From: a bacterium
GTDB taxonomy: Bacteria; Bacteroidota; Bacteroidia; Chitinophagales; Saprospiraceae
Assembly: GCA_024742755.1 (NCBI GenBank)
Contig: JANSXW010000017.1
Location: 2,847-66,846 of the forward strand
Direction of reading: 5' to 3'
DNA length: 64,000 bases
The position numbers and the translations under genes are program-made. This document shows positions 47,743 to 54,941 of this stretch, piece by piece. The notes beneath the pieces are model-generated. The model made no database searches. It saw only the letters and a list, made by a program, of their open reading frames with translations, and was not told the origin of the DNA. Every line of letters begins with the position of its first letter. Position 1 is the stretch's first letter.

Positions 47743-48477
47743 ATGATGAAAAGATATCTATTCTTCCTACTGTCGATAACTACCCTTTTTTATACCCGTC
47801 CGATCTTTGCCCAGGCAGCACTCTCCGGCGGGCTACGCCTTCAGGTTCAGGCACCCGTTGTACATTGGCTGCAATTTGGGCAAGGCTCGGGGGCTGAGGT
47901 ATGGATAGCCCTCCCATTGTCCACAAACAATAGCCTCGAATTTTCGCTAGGCTACCTGCATTTAAGCGGCTACGATAATGGGTTGGTTACCATCAACGAA
48001 ATCACTGCTCCTTTGGAGTACTGGCGAACCAACGAGAATTTAGAACTTAACGGCCTGACATTCTTCTCAGCGGCTATAAGCCATGAGTATCAACTTACTA
48101 CTGATAGCCGGGGGTCGGTCGGGACAGGTATCCGTTTTTCCAGGCTAATTCGCTCGGAAGGTTATCAGAAAAGCTATGAGCAATACCGCGTGTACCGAAT
48201 CTCGACATATCCATCCGCAGACCTTCTCAATGTTGATATAAACCAAAATTATCAAGCCAGATTCTACAATGGTTTCGCCTCCACCCTTAATGAGGAGCAG
48301 TTGAATCTTTACGACTTGGGGCTGACTATTGCACTAAGGTATAGGCTTATCAAAGGCTTAGTCGCAGAGGCCAGCATTTACCAGGGTTTGCTCAACAGAT
48401 GGAGTGACAATTATAATGATCTGAAGGCGCTGTACATCACCTCATTCTCCCTGGGTCTTTCTGCCCGCATTTTTTAA
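47743..48477 (+). CDS. small outer-membrane beta-barrel, type B (module 1)
   Basis: Signal peptide ending IFA-Q, GQGSGAEVW, YDLGL, EASIYQGLLNRW and terminal SLGLSARIF. Confidence 0.65.
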   Translation: MMKRYLFFLLSITTLFYTRPIFAQAALSGGLRLQVQAPVVHWLQFGQGSGAEVWIALPLSTNNSLEFSLGYLHLSGYDNGLVTINEITAPLEYWRTNENLELNGLTFFSAAISHEYQLTTDSRGSVGTGIRFSRLIRSEGYQKSYEQYRVYRISTYPSADLLNVDINQNYQARFYNGFASTLNEEQLNLYDLGLTIALRYRLIKGLVAEASIYQGLLNRWSDNYNDLKALYITSFSLGLSARIF

Positions 48478-48488
48478 ACCTTAGCATA

Positions 48489-49202
48489 ATGAAACAAATA
48501 ATACGATTACTGTCGGTTCTATGTATCGTTTCCTGCCAGAAACCCGACGTAGAGGTTCGGGTTACCCAAGAAAAGGCCGACTTCTATTTCCGGTTTGAGG
48601 TAAAAGACACGGTATCCGAGGACTATCAATACGTAGATTACACGCTGGGGGATTCCATATGGATATCTGACCACCGCGACTCTAGCTACCATTATCTCAC
48701 CTGGCGCAACGAACTTGAAGACATCAACGGTATCTACTATTTTCAAACAGGATTATCGGATATGCGTTTCTATTCGCCGCATACCGGAAGTGTTTTTGGA
48801 TTTGGTTTTTCGATCCCCGGTTTAGAGCCAGGCAAAATCCCTACCCTAGAAATGGTTGAAGGCTTTTTCTATCCGGGACGCAGTATACCCTTTGGCTTAG
48901 GGCCTGAAAAGGTGAATGCCCTCCTAAGATTACCGATTGGCAACCCTGCCTTTCTTCTTGCTTCGCAAACGGTATTTCTCTATGAACCTTACGGCGAGCT
49001 GAACATCAAAAAGATAGAGGAATACACAATGCAATATCGCAGTTTGCCCGAAGAAGTGCTCAGGGGCAAACGCATTACCTGTGTCTTTGAAGGAGGCATT
49101 GGGATATATAAACCACAACCCTCTGTAGATGCTGTTTCTTATACCGATGTTGCCATTGATTTACGAAACGGGAAAGCAGTATTCTTCATTCCATACGAGT
49201 AG
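48489..49202 (+). CDS. surface lipoprotein L1 (module 1)
   Basis: Lipobox IVSC followed by QKPD (lipoprotein export signal-like). C-terminus ITCVFEGGIG...LRNGKAVFFIPYE. Confidence 0.7.
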   Translation: MKQIIRLLSVLCIVSCQKPDVEVRVTQEKADFYFRFEVKDTVSEDYQYVDYTLGDSIWISDHRDSSYHYLTWRNELEDINGIYYFQTGLSDMRFYSPHTGSVFGFGFSIPGLEPGKIPTLEMVEGFFYPGRSIPFGLGPEKVNALLRLPIGNPAFLLASQTVFLYEPYGELNIKKIEEYTMQYRSLPEEVLRGKRITCVFEGGIGIYKPQPSVDAVSYTDVAIDLRNGKAVFFIPYE

Positions 49203-49233
49203 GCCATTAGATACGCACCAAAAAATATGAGTT

Positions 49234-49896
49234 ATGTCAAGACTATCCCTATTTACCATACTGCTTTCTCTGCCAGCCTTTGGGTTGTTCGCCCAGCCTG
49301 TTTCCTTCGGGCTTACGCCGAGGCTGATCGCACCGGTCGTCACCGACGCTAAAATCGGTCAGGGCTGGGGGGCAGAAGCCTGGTCCAAAGCCGAAATCGG
49401 CCCCGGTAATGGACTAAAGTTGAAATTGGGCTACCAGCAAATTGGTGATTACAACAGCGCGGTGGAAACGAAGCGCACCTATGTTTTTCCAGACCGCACC
49501 ATTAGGCAAACTGAGTCCGCAAGGATAAAGGGACTGGAAACCTGGTATGTGGACCTCTCTTTCTGGCAGTATACCTGGGACATCAAAAGCCGATGGTCCT
49601 TTGAGCTGGGGGCTCGGTACAGTTTTTCCACTCAGGCCCGGGGGCCGTATGAATTAAGACAATCCCTAAGTTTTGGATCAGGGCGGTTCAGCAGCGGGGG
49701 CTTTGGTGAAGAGATGCTCAGGGGGCATGACTTCGGGCTCCACCTCTCCGGCGCATTTGAGCTATTCGATGGTTGCTGGCTGGAAGCACAGGCTTATCAG
49801 GGTTTCCTCAATCAATGGAGGGATTTCGAGGATTTTGAAGGCCCCACTGTTTACGTCACTACGCTATCTGCCGGACTGGCTTTCCGGCTGTTTTAA
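49234..49896 (+). CDS. small outer-membrane beta-barrel, type C (module 1)
   Basis: Signal peptide ending LFA-Q, GQGWGAEAW, RGHDFGL, EAQAYQGFLNQW and terminal SAGLAFRLF. Confidence 0.65.
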   Translation: MSRLSLFTILLSLPAFGLFAQPVSFGLTPRLIAPVVTDAKIGQGWGAEAWSKAEIGPGNGLKLKLGYQQIGDYNSAVETKRTYVFPDRTIRQTESARIKGLETWYVDLSFWQYTWDIKSRWSFELGARYSFSTQARGPYELRQSLSFGSGRFSSGGFGEEMLRGHDFGLHLSGAFELFDGCWLEAQAYQGFLNQWRDFEDFEGPTVYVTTLSAGLAFRLF

Positions 49897-49909
49897 AATC
49901 AAATCCATC

Positions 49910-50608
49910 ATGAAAAACTTATTCCACTTTTCACTGGTATTCGTGATTGTTGCGCTCGCTTTAGGCTGTAAAAAGGAACCACCCCTGATCAGCTACGAAG
50001 AAGTCTATGTATCCCCTGTTTACACCCAGTTTGAGTTTAGGGATACAAGCCGGGTAGACTTTGTATTACAAGAGTACCGCTTAGGCAGTTATCTGGAAGA
50101 TGAAACACCACGCTACAGTTGGGACACATGGGATAAAGTGACAAGCCGGGGCCCTGCCATTCTTGTAGATATCATGCAGCATGGGCCATGGTCTACAACT
50201 ACTTTATTTGGCATGGAGTTTTGGGCTCAACCCGCCGTGGAAAAGCCTTGGACGGAGGCCCATCTCAGAGAGATGTTTGCAAGCGGGAAGGTATTTCCTT
50301 TTGGAGAAGGCCCAGGCAAAGTAGATGTTGGCTTTCAGGTTAATGAGCCTTTCGTCTTTAGCGATGAGCGCTCGAAGGCTTCTTACTTGAAAGAGCCTGT
50401 AGGGCAGTTGGAAATTACCCGGTCTGAAAATTACAGTTATACTCCACCAAACAGAGCGACAGTATATGGCTTACTGTTGCACTGTAAATTTACCGGCGAA
50501 CTGGGGCAATATGACTTCAGGTATACACCATGGGATGATGGTTTCAGCACAGAGGTAAGTGTAGAGATTAAGAATGGGGAAGCCACTTTTTTTGTCGCTT
50601 ACCGATGA
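49910..50608 (+). CDS. surface lipoprotein L2 (module 1)
   Basis: Start moved to MKNLFHF. Lipobox ALGC-KKE. C-terminus LLLHCKFTGELG...IKNGEATFFVAYR. Confidence 0.7.
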   Translation: MKNLFHFSLVFVIVALALGCKKEPPLISYEEVYVSPVYTQFEFRDTSRVDFVLQEYRLGSYLEDETPRYSWDTWDKVTSRGPAILVDIMQHGPWSTTTLFGMEFWAQPAVEKPWTEAHLREMFASGKVFPFGEGPGKVDVGFQVNEPFVFSDERSKASYLKEPVGQLEITRSENYSYTPPNRATVYGLLLHCKFTGELGQYDFRYTPWDDGFSTEVSVEIKNGEATFFVAYR

Positions 50609-50689
50609 CGGTACTGAAGAGCGCTTTCGGAAGTATTTACGGATCAGGATAAGCCGCTGCTCCAATTTTCTCAACAAAACCACCGTGCG

Positions 50690-51409
50690 ATGAAAAACTT
50701 ACATCTAACAGCCCTCATACTCTTACTGCCCCTCCTGGGGTACAATCAGGAAGCTTCTAAGTCCCGCTGGACATTAGGCGTGGAAACCGGCTTCAACTTT
50801 GTGACCGACTGCCTGGTGTGCAGCGCTAATCAACACCACAACAATACGCTACCTTATGCCATCCGGGCAGAGCACCGCATTTTCCGGTGGTTGAGCCTGC
50901 AATTCAGCCTGGGCTATTTCAACACCACCCACGACCGCTTAACCTCAACAGAATTCGGATTAAGTTTGGCAGAACATGCTTCCGCTGATCTTTCCTTCCG
51001 GCTCCCAACTGCCACTGCAACCATTGGCCCCCGGCTTCAAATCCGCATTGGGCAGGGTGACCTGGGGTTGGAATACAGGAGTGGCCTGCTTACCCAAACC
51101 CTTCAGGTACAGGCTGCCGAATTTAACGGGCGGTCCTATGCATTTCAACATGGCTGGACCGCTGCCCGCGCTCAGGCCTGGCGGCTGAGTTATACCTACT
51201 GGGCCACGAAGCAACTGGCCATTTCAATAAACGGCGAGACCCTCAGCGCATGGAATCTTGGCTACCCAGAGTTGAAAGGCGACCTCAGCAGCCTGCTACC
51301 AGAATCGCCTTACCTGCATAGGCTATTCAGTGATCCTGATCGGTACATGGGCCTGGTGGACTACTTCTGGATATCGATGATAACGATTGGTGTTCACTAC
51401 CGGATTTAA
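50690..51409 (+). CDS. small outer-membrane beta-barrel, type A' (module 2)
   Basis: Paralog of 47027: SRWTLGVETGFNF, CLVC, RIGQGDLGLEYR, AWRLSYTYW and IGVHYRI. Confidence 0.68.
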   Translation: MKNLHLTALILLLPLLGYNQEASKSRWTLGVETGFNFVTDCLVCSANQHHNNTLPYAIRAEHRIFRWLSLQFSLGYFNTTHDRLTSTEFGLSLAEHASADLSFRLPTATATIGPRLQIRIGQGDLGLEYRSGLLTQTLQVQAAEFNGRSYAFQHGWTAARAQAWRLSYTYWATKQLAISINGETLSAWNLGYPELKGDLSSLLPESPYLHRLFSDPDRYMGLVDYFWISMITIGVHYRI

Positions 51410-51410
51410 A

Positions 51411-52139
51411 ATGAAAAACCTAATGACAATGAGAAAGTATCTAATATTTTCCATGCTATGCGTTGCCCTCTGCGCTAATGCTCAAACTTCCGGTGTAAGG
51501 GTAGACGCAGCACTACCCTTCACGGAATCCTTTCAGCCAGGTGCCGGCAGCAGCGCCGAATGGTGGGTAAACTGGCCCATAGGAGACCACCGACAAATCC
51601 ATATGGCACTGGGCGTACAACACTATGCGGGCTATCAAGGCGGCATAATAGAACACCATAGCCAGTATGGTCCTACGGAGCTTCTTATCAGTAATAGTCA
51701 ATTGGAGCTTAATGCCCTCACTTTTGCCACTCTGCAAGCTGGCTACCGCTGGGAAAAAGAAAGCAGATGGGCATGGACACTGGCCGCCCGGGCGGGGTAT
51801 CAATTCCATAGCGAAGGCTTTACAACCAGCCAGCAACGGTGGTATTCATTTAGGCGAAACAGCCGGGACCCATTGGTTCCGGAGCTGTTCCCGGAACTGA
51901 AAATAAAGGAATTCAACGGCAACCGCAGCAGCCGGGGCAGCAACTTCACTGTAAACGATCATCTCCGGCGATATGATGCCGGACTTTTAGCAAGCCTACA
52001 CTATCGAATTACGGAGGGACTGGAGGCTGAAGCCGCCTATTATCAAGGCTTGTTCAATCAATGGAAATTGGAATCGGAGAATCCGCCGGTACTGAGGGTT
52101 GCAGCTCTCTCTTTTGGTCTTTCTCTTCGTCTTTTTTAA
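51411..52139 (+). CDS. small outer-membrane beta-barrel, type B' (module 2)
   Basis: Paralog of 47743: GAGSSAEWW, LELNALTF, YDAGL, EAAYYQGLFNQW and SFGLSLRLF. Start at 51411 or 51429. Confidence 0.65.
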   Translation: MKNLMTMRKYLIFSMLCVALCANAQTSGVRVDAALPFTESFQPGAGSSAEWWVNWPIGDHRQIHMALGVQHYAGYQGGIIEHHSQYGPTELLISNSQLELNALTFATLQAGYRWEKESRWAWTLAARAGYQFHSEGFTTSQQRWYSFRRNSRDPLVPELFPELKIKEFNGNRSSRGSNFTVNDHLRRYDAGLLASLHYRITEGLEAEAAYYQGLFNQWKLESENPPVLRVAALSFGLSLRLF

Positions 52140-52152
52140 AAATAGCTCCATC

Positions 52153-52872
52153 ATGAAATATGTATACTTACTCCTTTTTCTCCCACTTATCGCCTGTCAA
52201 AAAGAAGCCGTTGAGGTCCGAAACACCGTAGAAACGGCGCCCTTTTATTTTCGGCTGGAAGTACGGGATACTATGCATGAAGCCTTCCAGCCCGTCAATT
52301 ATGGCCTGGGCGAGATTATTCATATATACGATCCGACTTACGAAACGGAATACACGTTTCCACTCATCTGTGACCAGAACCTGGTGTATCGCGGGGAGCA
52401 GTTAGTATTACAGACAGGTATGTACTCGGGAGACTATAGCTATTTCGGTCGGGAAACCCCCTTCTTTGGGATCGAGTTTGCCCTACCTGGCCTACAGCCC
52501 GGCCTAATGCCTACCCGGGAAGCAGTAGAGCAATTCTTCTATGCCGGCCGCACCTTTGAGGCGGGCATTGGACCAGATAAAGCCAACTTGCTGATGCGCA
52601 TGCAAATTGATAATCCGGTGATGGTTGTCCCTTCTCAATCCATCTACCTTTACGAACCGACCGGCACACTAACCATCACTGGAGTAGAAGACTATACCTA
52701 TGAATTTCAGATGGAGCCCAAAGGTATATTGCAAGGTAAACGAATCACCTGTCAATTTGAAGGAGCAATCGGACGTTTTCAGGCCGGTATGCCCAGAGAT
52801 GAGTTTCCTTTAACTGATGTCGCAGTGGAAATCCAAAACGGGGAGGCGGCTTTTTTCGTCCAATACAAATAA
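52153..52872 (+). CDS. surface lipoprotein L1' (module 2)
   Basis: Start moved to MKYVYL. Lipobox LIAC-QKE. Paralog of 48489 (FYFR.EV.DT, PGL.PG..PT, YLYEP.G, GKRITC.FEG, NG.A.FF..Y). Confidence 0.72.
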   Translation: MKYVYLLLFLPLIACQKEAVEVRNTVETAPFYFRLEVRDTMHEAFQPVNYGLGEIIHIYDPTYETEYTFPLICDQNLVYRGEQLVLQTGMYSGDYSYFGRETPFFGIEFALPGLQPGLMPTREAVEQFFYAGRTFEAGIGPDKANLLMRMQIDNPVMVVPSQSIYLYEPTGTLTITGVEDYTYEFQMEPKGILQGKRITCQFEGAIGRFQAGMPRDEFPLTDVAVEIQNGEAAFFVQYK

Positions 52873-53088
52873 GTAAAGCCAAAAGAGCTACTACTACGTT
52901 AAGACAAATCAAACGGATTGTCTCAATCAGGCTAAATCGAATGACAAGACACATACTACGGTTAGGCCAGTCGGTTAAACTGTTAGATAAGACCGTGCTG
53001 CTTCTTCGGGCCTATTTGGTATTCAAATGAATGCACAGCCCTGAACAATGTCAGATAAAAGCCTTATTTTTAGCAGAAAGCCTAAGCT

Positions 53089-53724
53089 ATGAAGCAACTG
53101 CCCGCTCTTTTGCTGCTGCTCTTCGGCTCTGTCCCTGTAGTCGCCCAATCTTTTTCCGCCGGCTTGTCTCCCCGCCTGATGGCTCCCATCGTTACGGATG
53201 GAACAGTAGGGCAGGGATGGGGCGCAGCGGTATGGTCGAGGGTAGAGCTGAACAATGGCAAAGGCCTGGCACTACAGTTGGGATGGCAGGAGATCCGTGG
53301 CTACAACAGCGCGGTGGAAATTCTGGATACCCGGGTGCTACCGGAGGGGAGCATCTCTTGGCTTGAAGAAACAGCCCGGTTGAAGAGATTACAGATGTGG
53401 CAAATCGACCTCTCTTTCTGGCAAAAAGCCTGGAACGGGAACAGCCCCCTGACTTTGGAAGCGGGCGTGCGCTACAGCTTCGGCGTAACGGGTACCGGGA
53501 CGTACCAATTCAGGAATATTTACAGTATTGGAGGGGCTACAACGGTCAGTAGCCGGAGCCTGGGGGAAGAAGTGCTCCGGGGCCACGATTTGGGTATTCG
53601 GATTGCCGCCCATTACAAATTACAGGAAAGGCTTTCACTAGAAGCAGAAGCTTATCAGGGCTTTCTTAATCAATGGAAAGACTTTGAAGGCTTTACAGGG
53701 CCTGTTGGTCCACTGCTCTTTTGA
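53089..53724 (+). CDS. small outer-membrane beta-barrel, type C' (module 2), lacking its last strand
   Basis: Paralog of 49234 (APIVTD...GQGWG, GYNSAVE, RGHDLG, EAYQGFLNQW.DFE) but ends GPVGPLLF instead of ...LSAGLAFRLF. Confidence 0.65.
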   Translation: MKQLPALLLLLFGSVPVVAQSFSAGLSPRLMAPIVTDGTVGQGWGAAVWSRVELNNGKGLALQLGWQEIRGYNSAVEILDTRVLPEGSISWLEETARLKRLQMWQIDLSFWQKAWNGNSPLTLEAGVRYSFGVTGTGTYQFRNIYSIGGATTVSSRSLGEEVLRGHDLGIRIAAHYKLQERLSLEAEAYQGFLNQWKDFEGFTGPVGPLLF

Positions 53725-53839
53725 GGGCAAACTGGGGCTGTACGATCCGGCGCTGACTCCTGTAACAGAGCACTTCAAAACGGACGCAGCGTTAACTCTT
53801 AAAAATGGGACAGCTGCCTTTTTGGTCGCGTATGAGTAA
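53699..53839 (+). pseudogene. 3' remnant of lipoprotein L2' (not in the ORF track)
   Basis: The +1 frame reads GLLVHCSFEGKLGLYDPALTPVTEHFKTDAALTLKNGTAAFLVAYE*, matching the L2 C-terminus GLLLHCKFTGELGQYD...IKNGEATFFVAYR. Confidence 0.85.
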
Positions 53840-54046
53840 GCCTTAATACAACCATAGGCAAGCTGTACATGGCGCTCTTCGCCCCTCTTTCAACAGGAAA
53901 TGGGCCTTTCGGCAGCCTGTCCGTCCCGGGCAAGGCACCAAAACGAGTTTCAGAAGTAAATCAAAGCATATCTGAACAACTACAAGCAGAATTGGTATAA
54001 ACAGTATCCGCCCATACCGGAGTTTCGGACTGTAAACCCTATTCCT

Positions 54047-54054
54047 TACTTTTG
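54047..54054 (+). promoter_or_regulatory. sigma-A -7 box (TACTTTTG)
   Basis: TAnnTTTG 27 bp before the ATG at 54081. Confidence 0.6.
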
Positions 54055-54080
54055 CGGCCGGCCCCCAACAACTGCTGCTA

Positions 54081-54875
54081 ATGAGAAACTGCCTTTTCCT
54101 TTTATTCTTTGTGCCCACCTTCCTTTCTGCCCAGGTGGTCAATACCGAAAAGCTCCGTTCCACCAATGAAGACGGCTGGCTGGCGGAAGCGGGGCTGGAT
54201 TTTGGGCTCACCCGCAACAAAGCCGGTCAAACCCTTAGCCTGGGCAGCCGCCTAAGGCTGGAATACGATACGGGCAAAAGCCGGTGGATGCTGCTCGGCG
54301 CCTACAACCTCACCCAATTCAGAAATGTGGAAGACCCGGGCAGCGTGCCCCGCAATTTCGCCAACAATGCCTTCGGGCACCTGCGGTACAACTACGTCGC
54401 TAATGACTGGCTGACCTGGGAAGCCTTTACACAATTCCAATACGACCAGATCCAGCAAATAGATGCGCGGGTGCTGACCGGTACCGGCCCCAGAGTGAAA
54501 CTGCTGCGCACCGATAGCAGCCAGCTGTTTTTTGGGCTGCTGTACATGTATGAGCACGAAGCCTCCACGGATGTTTTCGAAGTGCCGGAAGAACGCAGCG
54601 TGAACGTCTTCCTGTATGACCACCGCCTGAGCGCCTACCTGTCCGGTGGTTTCCAAATCACGGAGACCTTCAACATCAACCACGTCACCTATTTCCAGCC
54701 TAACCTGGCGGACTTTAGCGACTTCCGGATTTCCTCCGAAACGAGTTTAACCTTCAAAATCAGTGAAAAACTGGCGTTTCGGACCTATTTCCAGCTGATG
54801 TATGACGAGCGCCCGCCCATACCGGTCCCCAATACAATGTACGTGCTAAATAACGGGCTTGAAATCGATTTATAG
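54081..54875 (+). CDS. DUF481 family outer-membrane beta-barrel protein
   Basis: Signal peptide ending LSA-Q-VVNTE, FGHLRYNY, WEAFTQFQYD, GTGPR, TYFQP..DFSDFRIS and NGLEIDL. Confidence 0.8.
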   Translation: MRNCLFLLFFVPTFLSAQVVNTEKLRSTNEDGWLAEAGLDFGLTRNKAGQTLSLGSRLRLEYDTGKSRWMLLGAYNLTQFRNVEDPGSVPRNFANNAFGHLRYNYVANDWLTWEAFTQFQYDQIQQIDARVLTGTGPRVKLLRTDSSQLFFGLLYMYEHEASTDVFEVPEERSVNVFLYDHRLSAYLSGGFQITETFNINHVTYFQPNLADFSDFRISSETSLTFKISEKLAFRTYFQLMYDERPPIPVPNTMYVLNNGLEIDL

Positions 54876-54941
54876 ATTACGGTTTTCGTCTTGGGTTTCT
54901 TTATATTTACAGTTGATTACTTTGAATGCACCCTTACAAAT

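Noticed and set aside
52873-53088. Extra ~185 bp in the L1'-C' gap relative to module 1: possible small gene or mobile remnant
   Set aside because: There is no convincing ORF, terminal repeat or similarity to other parts of the window, only a weak hairpin (AGACAAATC/GATTGTCT).
53725-53818. c-di-GMP-I riboswitch look-alike (GGCAAAC...GGACGCA...GACAGCTGCC)
   Set aside because: Spacing and stems do not fit the aptamer, and the segment is fully explained as the coding remnant of lipoprotein L2'.
53869-54000. 43-codon ORF MALFAPLSTG...QAELV
   Set aside because: It is short, with no signal peptide, motif or paralog in the array, and no promoter evidence.
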